Virus record (IMG/VR): IMGVR_UViG_3300044701_002726
DNA length: 58,842 bases
Strand: one strand, 5' to 3'
Source of the DNA: an uncultured virus (IMG/VR IMGVR_UViG_3300044701_002726)
Taxonomy: Duplodnaviria > Heunggongvirae > Uroviricota > Caudoviricetes
Shown: in pieces, positions 1-10,230 of the stretch
How positions within the stretch are numbered: position 1 is the first letter of the stretch
How the letters are laid out: each line of letters opens with the position of its first letter
Notes under the pieces: model-generated
Databases searched by the model: none
What the model saw: only the letters and a program-made list of their open reading frames with translations
Told to the model about the DNA's origin: nothing
Translations under genes and position numbers: made by a program

Positions 1-762
1 AAATTGAAAAAAATCTTCTCCAGCAATTCGCCGTCTTCCAACATTTTCTACTAAAGCTTTAGCACCAGATTTTTGTCCAACTAATTGTCTATTATTAAAA
101 ATATCTAAATTAAAATTCGTTAAATATCTAACTTCTACTTTTTCATAAACAGATGGATCTTCAAGTAAAATAATTTTTTTTAATTCTTTTCTAAAAGCAT
201 ATTGTTCAATCAAATTTCCGTCAAATCTAACTTCTACTTGATTTTCATTTAATTCATATGGTAAATATAAAACATCTGTAATTGAATTTGCAGTATATAC
301 ACTAGTTACTACAGGTTCAGTTCTTAGTATATTTTCAATTATCCATTTGCCATCTGAAGCTCTAAGAATATTATTCCTTGGATACTCTACTTTTATTTCT
401 TCTTGAAATAAAAGTCTAAACAATAATTCAAATGATTTAAGTGTTCCTTTTGATCTATACAAAGGTAAAACATTCTTCATAAAAAATGTTTTATCAAACA
501 CACTCTCACTAGGAATTAATGAAGCAAATGTGTTAAAAAAGTTTTCTTCAAATCTCTCTAAAGATTCATCTAAATCAAAAGCATTTTTAATATTTTTTGC
601 TTCTTCTATTAAATTATTTTTTTGACTAGTAGAATTAGAATAAAATTGTTCTTTCTCTAAAAACTCATAGTATGCTTCTAAAAATGAAATAAAAAGAGGA
701 TATTCTTCTCTTACATATTCTGGTACTTGTCTATTGACTAATAATGATGTTCTTAAATCCAT
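1..762 (-). CDS. Baseplate wedge subunit gp7-like, N-terminal part (runs off left edge)
   Basis: ATG at 762 gives MDLRTSLLVNRQVPEYVREEYPLFISFLEAYYEFLE..., later LYRSKGTLKSFELLFRLLF; directly downstream of gp6, as in T4-like phages. Not in ORF track (no stop in window). Confidence 0.75.
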   Translation of the reverse strand, partial: MDLRTSLLVNRQVPEYVREEYPLFISFLEAYYEFLEKEQFYSNSTSQKNNLIEEAKNIKNAFDLDESLERFEENFFNTFASLIPSESVFDKTFFMKNVLPLYRSKGTLKSFELLFRLLFQEEIKVEYPRNNILRASDGKWIIENILRTEPVVTSVYTANSITDVLYLPYELNENQVEVRFDGNLIEQYAFRKELKKIILLEDPSVYEKVEVRYLTNFNLDIFNNRQLVGQKSGAKALVENVGRRRIAGEDFFQF

Positions 763-763
763 T

Positions 764-2821
764 TTATGTTACTAGTGTAGTAGATATAGAAGATGGGTCA
801 TTTGGATCTATAGTTATGATAGTATTTTTGTTAGATTCAATTATAGAATTTCCAGCACCAACATCTAATTTTATAAAATTGTCTGTTGCATAAGTAGAGA
901 GGACATTAAGATTGAATAAATTTATTTCTCCAGTATCATAGTCTATGGTACCAACTTCTGGATTAACAATTTGTCTTTCTGTATTTTCATTAAAATATAT
1001 TAAACGCAAAATACCAAATTTGTTGTTAATTATAGATACAGCAGAAGCACCAAAACCACCACCACCACTAATTGTAACTGTGGCTTTTGTATAATTTTCA
1101 CCAGGACTTGTTATTCTTATAGACTCAATTCTACCATTTACTATTTTAGCTCTAGCAGTAGCACCACTACCATCACCAGTAATTATGACTGTTGGCTCTG
1201 TTACATAACCTGAACCAGGATTTAAAACAAGAATATTATAAATTCCAGAGAAAGAATCTAGAACTTCCTCAATTTGAACTTTTCTTCTAACACCAAAATT
1301 ATCAAACACATCAAACTCGTCTGAAATAAGTCTGTTTAAAATATTACCTTGTATCAAAGGTTGATTGAATCGAATATTATAATTTGTAGATACATTCAAC
1401 TGTGGTAAAAATCTTTTTTCTAATCTCAAAACAGAATCTACACCAATTATAGAAGGATCAATCTTGTTCATCTCTTCTTGTAACTTAGAAAGAACAAATG
1501 TCTTATTAAAATTATTTACATTTGTTTCAAAAAAGTTTAAGATCAATGTTCTTAGATTATTCTTAAATGTTTCTATGCTTATGAGATTTTTTTGTGGATC
1601 ATATTTTACAGTATTAAATATTTTAACAAAAACAAATTCAGGATCTCTAATTATACTTTCTATAGATATTACAGATTTTGGTTTAAGTATCTCTTCTACA
1701 ATTCTTCTTTTTTCGGTTTCAGAAATAAAATAATTGTCTTTAGTTTTCAAAGAAATAAATATTTTTCCAAAAATTGGTGGACTCTCTTCATTACCACCCC
1801 AAACAGATACAGCCTCTAAACCTGGATAATTTTGCATCAAATACTTTTCATAATCTTTATTTGTTATTAATCTGTTCTGTGAAGCATAATGTAAAGGTGC
1901 ATAAAACTTAATAGAATCAATAGATTCTCTTTCTAAACCACCAGTAGAAGATTGAACTACTGTAATTGACGATCTTATTAATTCATCATTTATACTATCT
2001 CTAACAGAAGTCGCACCCACAACAAAATCATTTGCTTTATTTGCTAAAGAAGAATTAGTTGAAAGATAACTGATAGTAACTATATTACCATTCGATAAAG
2101 CTTTACCAAGTGAACCATTTCCAAAAAATATTTGATAGTTGCCATCTTTAGATTCTTGTAAAAAATATACAGGAGAATTAGAATCTATGTCTAAAATATC
2201 TTCCGCTAAATTATAGACTGTGGTTATTGGATTTGTACTAGATTCTGTAACATATACTTTGATAGTATCAGTATCAATGTTAGAATCTGGAATAGTAAAT
2301 ATTTGTTTTGGATTAGTCTGTATGTTATAAGTATATTGATAATTTCCAATAACACCTTCATAAATTTTTAAATTTTCAAAAACAAAAGTTCCATCAGCTT
2401 TTGTTGCAGTAACATCATCTAACAATAAAAATTCATAAGAAACATCATCAATTTGATTTGAAGAGAAAGAAAAACCTCTTGGTAATGTTAAAGTTGATGG
2501 ATCATTACTAAATGCTTGAAATTCTAAATTTATTACAGCAAAAGATGCTTTTTTAGATTTTGGAGTATAACCTAAACTCTTTGCATGAGAAACAATTGAA
2601 TTTCTAAGCAGTGCTGAGTCTAAGAAAGACTCTTTTAATGCCATGTTTAGATAGTATGCATTGTAATGTGTATTATATGCTAAAACATCTAAAAGAACAT
2701 TTAACCCTGAAGCTTCAAAATCGTAATCTTGAAATTCTGATTGTGATTTTAGATAATTTTTAAGATTTTCCTTTATTGTAGAAAAATCTAATTCTGTTAC
2801 ATTTAAATTAGAATTTGCCAT
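764..2821 (-). CDS. gp6: Baseplate wedge subunit gp6
   Basis: ELDFSTIKENLKNYL...DYDFEASGLNVLLDVLAYNTHY and ESIDSIKFYAP..QNRLIT..DY motifs; synteny after gp25. Confidence 0.93.
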   Translation of the reverse strand: MANSNLNVTELDFSTIKENLKNYLKSQSEFQDYDFEASGLNVLLDVLAYNTHYNAYYLNMALKESFLDSALLRNSIVSHAKSLGYTPKSKKASFAVINLEFQAFSNDPSTLTLPRGFSFSSNQIDDVSYEFLLLDDVTATKADGTFVFENLKIYEGVIGNYQYTYNIQTNPKQIFTIPDSNIDTDTIKVYVTESSTNPITTVYNLAEDILDIDSNSPVYFLQESKDGNYQIFFGNGSLGKALSNGNIVTISYLSTNSSLANKANDFVVGATSVRDSINDELIRSSITVVQSSTGGLERESIDSIKFYAPLHYASQNRLITNKDYEKYLMQNYPGLEAVSVWGGNEESPPIFGKIFISLKTKDNYFISETEKRRIVEEILKPKSVISIESIIRDPEFVFVKIFNTVKYDPQKNLISIETFKNNLRTLILNFFETNVNNFNKTFVLSKLQEEMNKIDPSIIGVDSVLRLEKRFLPQLNVSTNYNIRFNQPLIQGNILNRLISDEFDVFDNFGVRRKVQIEEVLDSFSGIYNILVLNPGSGYVTEPTVIITGDGSGATARAKIVNGRIESIRITSPGENYTKATVTISGGGGFGASAVSIINNKFGILRLIYFNENTERQIVNPEVGTIDYDTGEINLFNLNVLSTYATDNFIKLDVGAGNSIIESNKNTIITIDPNDPSSISTTLVT

Positions 2822-3226
2822 CTATCTTGTTCTTTCCAATAAAAAACTTATTGAAACTGGTTCTGTTCTGTTGAGTATATTAAAAAGCAATTCTACTTGA
2901 AAAGAATTCTCATCAAATTTTGGTGTTACACTTAAATTTATTACTTCAACTCTAGGTTCAAAATTTCGAATAGTCTGTGTGATTTCTTTCTCTAAAGCTG
3001 CAGCTGTAATAATGTCTAGATTCTCAAACAATAATTTTCTGACATTACTGCCATATTCTGGCATAAAAGGCTTCTCATAGTGATTTGTCAAAAGTAAATT
3101 TTTCAAAGCATTAATAACTGCCATTTCACCAACATGCTTGTTTACATCTTTTCGTATTGGGTGAATAGTGAAATTTAAGTCTAAATCACTATAGTTTCTT
3201 GTTTTTAGTTGAGTTATTGTTGCCAT
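2822..3226 (-). CDS. gp25: Baseplate wedge subunit gp25
   Basis: YSDLDLNF..HP, NLLLT...EKPFMPEYGS, FEPRV motifs; 134 aa. Confidence 0.93.
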   Translation of the reverse strand: MATITQLKTRNYSDLDLNFTIHPIRKDVNKHVGEMAVINALKNLLLTNHYEKPFMPEYGSNVRKLLFENLDIITAAALEKEITQTIRNFEPRVEVINLSVTPKFDENSFQVELLFNILNRTEPVSISFLLERTR

Positions 3227-3230
3227 TTAT

Positions 3231-3238
3231 TATTTATG
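3231..3238 (-). promoter_or_regulatory. T4-type late promoter (CATAAATA)
   Basis: Variant of TATAAATA a few nt upstream of gp25 start. Confidence 0.55.
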
Positions 3239-4070
3239 TGTTTGCTTTTAGTCTATCTGTGCCTATAAAGTCATTAATTAAATTATTCTCAGTTTCACCT
3301 AAATCTTTATATCTCTTCATCTCTTCAAATTTTTCTAGAAGTATAGTTGTGTTGGCATAGAAATTTTCATCATGAGTTCTTCTAGTATTGAATAATGTTG
3401 TGATCGAACTGATATCATTTGCTATATCTTGTATCTCTTCTGTAGTTAAAGTACTTGCGTAATAGGTAATAACATTTTCACCATCCATTCCTGTAAGTTC
3501 TTCGATACTAGTTTCTATTAATTGTGGATAATTATTTATCGTATTTAACTTATCTTGCAACTCTTCTTCAATAAAAAGACTAGTGAAAGATCCTATCATT
3601 GGAGCATTATTCTGTATTCCGTCTGCCTGATAAACAATCATCATGACTGTTTTTGCCATTCCAATTGCAAGATCATAATGTGGTAAATCAGAAGTATTTT
3701 CGTTTGGCTCTACAAGACCACTTATTCTATCAGTATGAGCTATAAAATTAGGCCCTGAAACAGAATATACAGTATTTGCAGCAGTGCTTACACCAACTAA
3801 ATTCCCAACAGAATTTGCAGGATCATCTGGGTCTGAACAAGCTGCAATTATAGATAAACATTTACTTCTTATAGATTCAGTAACTATTTTAACTGGATTT
3901 ACAAGATAGTTTGTTGTTGCTATGTCATTGTTTTTTAAATCTTCATATTGCCAATCTTCTAAAAGTGGTGGCAGACTATCTAAACTCTTAATAACTTCTG
4001 GTGAAAAGTCACTGACTTCGTTTGCAGAAGGTGTGTAATTGTATCCTAAACTATCAAATATACTGGGCAT
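3234..4070 (-). CDS. Hypothetical virion/baseplate-region protein
   Basis: 278-aa ORF tightly packed between the gp5 C-terminal gene and gp25. Confidence 0.6.
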   Translation of the reverse strand: MPSIFDSLGYNYTPSANEVSDFSPEVIKSLDSLPPLLEDWQYEDLKNNDIATTNYLVNPVKIVTESIRSKCLSIIAACSDPDDPANSVGNLVGVSTAANTVYSVSGPNFIAHTDRISGLVEPNENTSDLPHYDLAIGMAKTVMMIVYQADGIQNNAPMIGSFTSLFIEEELQDKLNTINNYPQLIETSIEELTGMDGENVITYYASTLTTEEIQDIANDISSITTLFNTRRTHDENFYANTTILLEKFEEMKRYKDLGETENNLINDFIGTDRLKANT

Positions 4071-4079
4071 TTTTATTCC

Positions 4080-4901
4080 TTATACCATACCAACAATTGG
4101 TGGTCCTGTTCTTCCTTTTGGAGCTATGTGGAAGTGTCTACTATAAATTTTAGAGTTTACATTGTCTGTCATCAAACCTGCTCTCATTACTCCAAAATTT
4201 CCTAAAGGTGAGTTTACAGAAACACCAGCATTTACTAATCCAACGCATATGACATTACCAGGAACAGCTGCAGGTAACCCTATTGCCAATCCACCAAGAA
4301 CAGATGTGAATCCTAATGGGCCTGCACTAACTCCAGTTCCAGCATCAATTCTAGTCAAAGAAGTGATCATGTCTGCTGTCATATCTCCCCCAACAGAAAG
4401 ATCACCAGAAACATAAACATTGTCTCCACTAGTAAGTCGAATAGAACCTAATCCAACAGCAGAACCTGCAGCAATAGTTGTGTCTTCATTTGATGCAAGA
4501 GTTGCTTTCTTATGTACATAAGTTGACATATCACCAAGAACTTCTAGTTTATAATCACCATCTACTTTTTCAATTCTGTCACCACGAACATGGAGTATAG
4601 AATCCCCATTAATGGTTATGTTACAATGACCTTCGATCAATACATTTTTGTTTTTAATTGTGATTTCATAACCGTCACCATAAACTTTATGTACTTCATC
4701 ACCATTTGGATGCATTTCAATAAATGTACCAGTTCTATGCTGTAGACGAATTCGTTCTCTGTTTGGTGTATCATCCATTTCAAATGAATGACCAGACCTA
4801 GTTTGTGTACAGTTATTATATGGATACTGTGGTGGTGTTTCGTCGTTTGCTGGTGACTCTGGTTCTAACCACCCATGATCGTCTGCTGGTCTCTCTGCCA
4901 T
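4080..4901 (-). CDS. gp5: Baseplate spike gp5, C-terminal beta-helix part
   Basis: YPYN..TQTRSGHSFEMDDTPNRERIRLQHRTGTFIEMHPNG motif, beta-helix repeats, terminal HFH...TGPP. Confidence 0.85.
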   Translation of the reverse strand: MAERPADDHGWLEPESPANDETPPQYPYNNCTQTRSGHSFEMDDTPNRERIRLQHRTGTFIEMHPNGDEVHKVYGDGYEITIKNKNVLIEGHCNITINGDSILHVRGDRIEKVDGDYKLEVLGDMSTYVHKKATLASNEDTTIAAGSAVGLGSIRLTSGDNVYVSGDLSVGGDMTADMITSLTRIDAGTGVSAGPLGFTSVLGGLAIGLPAAVPGNVICVGLVNAGVSVNSPLGNFGVMRAGLMTDNVNSKIYSRHFHIAPKGRTGPPIVGMV

Positions 4902-4905
4902 AATT

Positions 4906-6006
4906 TTAGTGTTGTTTAAATTCGATTACAAAAGTGTTGTCTGATAATACATCATCTTTTGATGGTAATGTATTCAGTAAAAATGTTTCTACTTCTTGAC
5001 CAACTTGATTTACAGCTTCTGGTGATGCTGGGTTTGCCAATGCTTCTACAACTTGTCCTGGTATGGCTAATGTTTCTGCTGCCTCTGCCAACAAATCTCT
5101 ACTTGCCTGTACTATGTTGTTGAACTCTGCTTGAAGAGCTGCAATATCACCTATTGTACTACCTCCTTCTGGTGGTGTCAATAAGTCTGCAAATCCTTTT
5201 GCGAGTGCTGCATATGCCTTATCTAAACATTCTTGTAAAAATCTTCTTGCTTTTTCTGGCAAACTCAGTATGTAATCAATCAATGCTCTTATTTTCATTG
5301 CAAAGAGAATTAGTATTTGTGCTAAATCATTCAACTCACTAATTATACTTGTTATGTATTTTATCTCTCTAGCAATTGCTTTTGCAAACTGAATAACTTT
5401 AGATACTTCGCCATTTGTATCAGAAAATCCTAATGCTTTTAATGCAGCACGAATTGCCTTTCGTATCTCTTCAATAATTATACCAAATTTGGCTCTAACA
5501 TATGCTACTGCTTTATTTACTTCTGGTGATATATCACAGACAGACTTTCTTTCTTGGTTTATAGCATTTGTTAAAGTGCCATCCATGACACCCCTTGTAA
5601 TTCTAACTTGAGTTGGTTCTCCAATAACTCTGTCAACTTGTGATGATCTTGGTTTAGATGCAGCACCCTCTCTTCGAATTGCTTCTTGATAAACTATACT
5701 AGATTGAGAACTTTCAACTCCAGGTAATACATTTAGAACAACAGGAATTTGAGCAAACTCACCATCTTGAAAAAATCCAAGAACCCAATCTCCCTCTCTG
5801 GGAGTAGCGTATGTGTTTGGCGCATTTGTTGATAGTGCTACTTGAGCCCAAGGTAAAGTGTTTGTTGGAACAAGTTTTTTATCTTCAGAATGAAGACCAA
5901 TAATCCTGACTCTAACCGAGCCAAGTTTTAATGGATCTAAGACATCTTCTACGATGCCAATCCACCAAATGAAAGGTCGTTTTCCGTAAAAATCTTGAGG
6001 TATCAT
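4906..6006 (-). CDS. gp5: Baseplate hub gp5, N-terminal OB-fold part with helical C-terminus
   Basis: FIWWIGIVEDVLDPLKLGSVRVRIIGLH...LPWAQV...GDWVLGFFQDG..AQIPVVL. Confidence 0.85.
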   Translation of the reverse strand: MIPQDFYGKRPFIWWIGIVEDVLDPLKLGSVRVRIIGLHSEDKKLVPTNTLPWAQVALSTNAPNTYATPREGDWVLGFFQDGEFAQIPVVLNVLPGVESSQSSIVYQEAIRREGAASKPRSSQVDRVIGEPTQVRITRGVMDGTLTNAINQERKSVCDISPEVNKAVAYVRAKFGIIIEEIRKAIRAALKALGFSDTNGEVSKVIQFAKAIAREIKYITSIISELNDLAQILILFAMKIRALIDYILSLPEKARRFLQECLDKAYAALAKGFADLLTPPEGGSTIGDIAALQAEFNNIVQASRDLLAEAAETLAIPGQVVEALANPASPEAVNQVGQEVETFLLNTLPSKDDVLSDNTFVIEFKQH

Positions 6007-7316
6007 ATTTTACTTGAATCTGTACAAATTTCTAACAATGTTTCGTGTCTGTTATAACGAATGATATGTCTAACTCCAGTAATTATATATCTACCACTCA
6101 ATGTATCATCTAAGACTTCTTCTTCCTTGGTTGAAAATTTAGGATAATCTAGATTCACTAAAAACCCAGGATTATAACCAAAATTACCAGGCATTGTGAC
6201 TTGCAATCTCTTCTGCATCATATTTGCAAAATAAGATTTTCTTTGAAACACATAATTGTGAGTATCATCAATTACAGTAGAGGCTGTTGGATTATTTTCT
6301 CTTATGTAAGCAGTCTGAACTCTTGGTAAAGCAAAAGGATATGTAACAACTCTTGAATCATACATGTCTCTAAAATCTTTGTTGTCTTTCGTTTTAGAGT
6401 CAGTTAGATTATCATATTTATTGCCATGTTTGGCATTAGTCTGCAACTCGAAAGCATTATTCACTCGACGAATAACTTGTGTTTTAGTAAAAGTGTCAAA
6501 CCCAACAAACTTTCCAGCATAAGAACCATTTTTAATATTATCGATCATACTGAATTGAGATAAAACTTTTACATCTCTGGCACCATAAAATTCATTTTCA
6601 TTGTTCGTAACATCTTTACCTAAGTTTTTAGGAATAACATTTATGTTGAACAATGAATCTAAAGACCAAAGAAAAGATACTGGAACAAAATTATATCCAG
6701 CCGCAGACTCATAGAAAACATAGTCTGGTATTTTATATTCATTGGAAATTGATTTTTTTGTTATCCAATTTATCGCATCAAAAGGAGTCAGATTTGGAAT
6801 GATAAAATCTTTTTTGGTATCTGTTGGAAAGATTGTACCAATACCAGAAGTACCTCTAGAAACAGCTGCATTTGGTACTTTTAAATGATCTGTAAGAATT
6901 TTCAATACAGTATTTGAATATGTTCCCGTGTAGCTTTGAGAAATCTTTTTTTGATTAGAGTATATGAAGTCTTCGTTTACAAAATGTAAAATGTAAGTTT
7001 GTGTGGTTAGATTTTTGTTGTTTCTATTTGTTACTTTGTAAATCTTAAATTTTTTCTCAAAGATAAATCCACTAGGATTATCATCCATTTTTTCTATGTT
7101 TATTTTTAGTGTTTCGTTTCCACTAATGTCTAATTTCTCAAAAAGATTTATTGAGTCTTCAATTAAAATGTTACCTGATCTACATGGTGTAAAAATATTG
7201 TCAAATAAATTTAACTCTACAAATATATTGGTCAAGTCAATATTTTGTCCTAAACTCGTAGACAAAAATAATTCGTTGACTTTAAATTGTATAGATTGCG
7301 TTAATACTGAACTCAT
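6003..7316 (-). CDS. Probable baseplate hub protein (gp27-like)
   Basis: Position between gp53 and gp5; C-terminal PGNF..NPG..VNL...SGRYIITGVRH motif typical of hub proteins. Confidence 0.65.
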   Translation of the reverse strand: MSSVLTQSIQFKVNELFLSTSLGQNIDLTNIFVELNLFDNIFTPCRSGNILIEDSINLFEKLDISGNETLKINIEKMDDNPSGFIFEKKFKIYKVTNRNNKNLTTQTYILHFVNEDFIYSNQKKISQSYTGTYSNTVLKILTDHLKVPNAAVSRGTSGIGTIFPTDTKKDFIIPNLTPFDAINWITKKSISNEYKIPDYVFYESAAGYNFVPVSFLWSLDSLFNINVIPKNLGKDVTNNENEFYGARDVKVLSQFSMIDNIKNGSYAGKFVGFDTFTKTQVIRRVNNAFELQTNAKHGNKYDNLTDSKTKDNKDFRDMYDSRVVTYPFALPRVQTAYIRENNPTASTVIDDTHNYVFQRKSYFANMMQKRLQVTMPGNFGYNPGFLVNLDYPKFSTKEEEVLDDTLSGRYIITGVRHIIRYNRHETLLEICTDSSKI

Positions 7317-7984
7317 TGTTGATACAATTCTTTTATTTCATTTTCTAAGACAGAAACAAAATCTTGCTTTAATATTTTTATCTCTCTCTTAGATTCGTTC
7401 AATTCATATTCGTAATCATAATATGTTTTAATTTCTTTGCTGTAAGAATATGTGAGAAAAGAACCACTATGTAATAAAATTTCACCATTAACTCCATTTT
7501 GCATGTATTCTTCATTATTGTAGTATGTGTTTGCGTCAACAGGAAGTTTAGTAACAGTTGTCACACCTTCAACAGTCTTTGTAATTACTTTATAGAAAGA
7601 ATGATAGTTATCAACATTGGCTACTGTATTTTTTGCCCATCTTATACCTTCACCTTTTTCGTTCGTGTCTGCATATTCTGATTGAGAATATTTGTAATCA
7701 ACATATTCGTTGAATTGATCGTACTGCAAAGGCCAGTCATATTGTGGATCAACAATGTTATTCATCATTAAAATGATCCAATATCGTTCAGATGAATTAT
7801 AAAATTTTGCAGCTAAATTATCTGGGGTATCACCATCACGAATATCATAGGTGTAATATACAGCAGTATTTTCTAAAAATTTATTTTCAATTGACGCAGA
7901 AGAACTTAAATTGGTAACATAATTGAAATTAGAATTGTCAGCTACATCATAATAAATTTTTGGTAAAAGTTTTAGATATTTCAT
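7313..7984 (-). CDS. gp53: Baseplate wedge subunit gp53
   Basis: YDIRDGDTPDNLAAKFY....YWIILMMNNIVDPQYDWP and YEYELNESKREIKIL motifs. Confidence 0.9.
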   Translation of the reverse strand: MKYLKLLPKIYYDVADNSNFNYVTNLSSSASIENKFLENTAVYYTYDIRDGDTPDNLAAKFYNSSERYWIILMMNNIVDPQYDWPLQYDQFNEYVDYKYSQSEYADTNEKGEGIRWAKNTVANVDNYHSFYKVITKTVEGVTTVTKLPVDANTYYNNEEYMQNGVNGEILLHSGSFLTYSYSKEIKTYYDYEYELNESKREIKILKQDFVSVLENEIKELYQQ

Positions 7985-7990
7985 TTTATT

Positions 7991-9118
7991 TTAAGAAGTA
8001 GGAAAATTATAATCATCATATTGTGTTGATTGTGCAGTAAAACGATCTGCACCAAAAAATGATTTTGTAACAATGTCTGTTTCTTTAAATTGCAAACTCA
8101 TTCTAATAGCAACAGGCATACCTGTTCTACCAATACTAGGTTTAGGTTCGTTTGGAACTTCATAAGCAGTAAAACCATTTGGTGCATAATCTAAATCTAT
8201 ACTCTCCAAGACACATGTTGTTATTCTAGGAATGTTTGGATTTATTTTTCCGTTGTAATAAAATTGAACATCAAATTCTGATGGTGGAACTAAAAAGAAT
8301 CCTTTACCTTCAGTTGAAATTTCTGGAGCCTGATGAAATTTTAAACGTGTAATTATTTTCTGAACTTCTGTTGCTTCCGATTCACTACGAGGATAAAAAA
8401 CAAAATCAAATCTAAATGTTCTAAAAGAAGGAGTACTGTATATCAATTCTAATTTTGGATTTTGAACTACACCAAATATTGCTGCAAATCCAGAAGTTAA
8501 AAATGCACTACCTTTGGCTACTTCATTTGCAATAAATGGACTTAAGTTTTTAAATACATCGATTGCTCCTTGTTTAAATTCACTACTTTTTCGTATAGTA
8601 TCTACAAGAGTTGATGTTGCATCAAGACCTCTTGCAATTGGATCATTACCAATTTCTAAACCAGAATACCCTTGATTGTGAATATAACTTAGAGTATCTG
8701 GCATGTATAGTGCGACAGTATCTCGCACTCTCTCAATCGTTCGTGTGAAATTTAAAGTAACATCAGTTGTTGCTTTAGTTATATTTTGAACGGTTTCAGA
8801 ACTTCCAAATACATTTTCAAATTTAGTTGAGGCTAAATTTGTCAAATCCGATAATGATTGACCAGGAGAATATGATCTACCTTCAACTCTATCTTTTATG
8901 ATCGTTGGTTGATCTCCAGTAGTTTGCCCTTTAAAATTCGTTTTCTTTTGTTGATTTATATGGAAAACGATATAGTGACCTTTATCAGCAGAACCTAAGT
9001 CTTGAGGATATCTGTAAATATCATAACTGTACTGACTTTCTAAAGCCAATCCATTAGTTCCAAATCCAGTTCTTTTTGTGTTTTTAAAAGATATATCGGC
9101 AAAAGAGAAGAGTGCCAT
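7991..9118 (-). CDS. gp48: Baseplate tail-tube cap gp48
   Basis: YRYPQDL, ALYMP, NPKLELIYSTPSFRTFRFDFVFYPRSESEA motifs; start revised to ATG 9118 (upstream AGGA RBS). Confidence 0.85.
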   Translation of the reverse strand: MALFSFADISFKNTKRTGFGTNGLALESQYSYDIYRYPQDLGSADKGHYIVFHINQQKKTNFKGQTTGDQPTIIKDRVEGRSYSPGQSLSDLTNLASTKFENVFGSSETVQNITKATTDVTLNFTRTIERVRDTVALYMPDTLSYIHNQGYSGLEIGNDPIARGLDATSTLVDTIRKSSEFKQGAIDVFKNLSPFIANEVAKGSAFLTSGFAAIFGVVQNPKLELIYSTPSFRTFRFDFVFYPRSESEATEVQKIITRLKFHQAPEISTEGKGFFLVPPSEFDVQFYYNGKINPNIPRITTCVLESIDLDYAPNGFTAYEVPNEPKPSIGRTGMPVAIRMSLQFKETDIVTKSFFGADRFTAQSTQYDDYNFPTS

Positions 9119-9134
9119 ATTTTTCCTTGAAGAG

Positions 9135-9151
9135 AATAAATAGTATTTATA
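9135..9151. promoter_or_regulatory. Divergent late promoters (TATAAATA on - at 9144-9151; AATAAATA on + at 9135-9142)
   Basis: Lie in the 32-bp gap between divergent gp48 and gp4. Confidence 0.7.
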
Positions 9152-9585
9152 TGAGCTACAAAGGAATTTATACACCAAAAAACCCGGCAAAATACAAAGG
9201 AGACCCAAATAACATCATATGGAGATCAACTTGGGAAGCAAGGGTTATGAAATGGTTGGATTTATCTGAAAGTGTACTATGGTGGTCTTCTGAAGAACTA
9301 CCTATACGCTATTTCAATCCTATTGACAATAAGATCCATAGATACTTTCCAGATTTTATTGTAAAGATGAGAAAGAAAGATAACTCTGTTAAGACTTATG
9401 TGATTGAAGTGAAACCAGAATATCAGACTAAACAACCAGTTAAGAAAAGACAAACACAGAAATTCATTAACGAATCAGTAACATACATAATCAATCAGTC
9501 TAAATGGAAAGCTGCAACAGAGTTTTGTAAAGATCATGGTTGGGAATTCATGATACTTACAGAGAAGGACATAGGTATTACTTGA
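9151..9585 (+). CDS. gp4: Head completion nuclease gp4
   Basis: YKGIYTPKNPAKYKGDP..I.WRSTWE, HRYFPDF, IEVKP, NQSKWKAA; start revised to 9151. Confidence 0.92.
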   Translation: MSYKGIYTPKNPAKYKGDPNNIIWRSTWEARVMKWLDLSESVLWWSSEELPIRYFNPIDNKIHRYFPDFIVKMRKKDNSVKTYVIEVKPEYQTKQPVKKRQTQKFINESVTYIINQSKWKAATEFCKDHGWEFMILTEKDIGIT

Positions 9586-9651
9586 AAGCGGACACCTGTA
9601 CTTATAATGCTTTTATTGAGATTTTAACTAAAATAGTAAATAAATAATGAC

Positions 9652-10230
9652 ATGGCATATCTAATAGAAAAAATTAAACTCTCTCTCGCAAAAGAGGGAA
9701 TACAATCAAGGACAAATAAATCTAGAGATTGGATTAAAGCTAAATTAAAAGAGTTGAACCCAAGACAACAATCGGTAACTAGAGATAAGATTCGACTGAG
9801 AGATAGAAGTTTGATTGGAGAAATGTACTTTTTTTATTATGAACCAAAACTAAAGGATTCGTTGCCATATTACGACAGGTTCCCATTGGTCTTACCAATA
9901 GAACGATACTCAGACGGTATACTAGGGTTGAATTTACATTACATTCACCCAAAGCAACGAATTATCCTTTTAGATAAATTGAGTGAGTTTTTGAACAATA
10001 GTAAATATGACGAAAGTACTAAATTTAAAATCAATTACAGTATTTTAAAAAATGCATCAAGAATATATGAATCGAAACCATGTCTGAAGAGATATCTGTA
10101 CTCACATATTGAGTCTAGATTTATTCGCATTAGTCCAGATGAGTGGGACATCGCAGCTTTGTTACCATTAGAACTTTTTGAAAAACATAAAACAAGTAAA
10201 GTATGGTACGATTCCAGAAAGAAATTTTAA
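9652..10230 (+). CDS. gp2: DNA end protector protein gp2
   Basis: GEMYFFYYEPKLKDSLPYYDRFPLV...GLNLHY motif; AATAAATA late-promoter variant at 9639-9646. Confidence 0.9.
   Translation: MAYLIEKIKLSLAKEGIQSRTNKSRDWIKAKLKELNPRQQSVTRDKIRLRDRSLIGEMYFFYYEPKLKDSLPYYDRFPLVLPIERYSDGILGLNLHYIHPKQRIILLDKLSEFLNNSKYDESTKFKINYSILKNASRIYESKPCLKRYLYSHIESRFIRISPDEWDIAALLPLELFEKHKTSKVWYDSRKKF

Noticed and set aside
4902..4908. Frameshift or readthrough joining the two gp5 halves
   Set aside because: No clear slippery heptamer before the stop, and the second ORF has its own ATG 4 nt later
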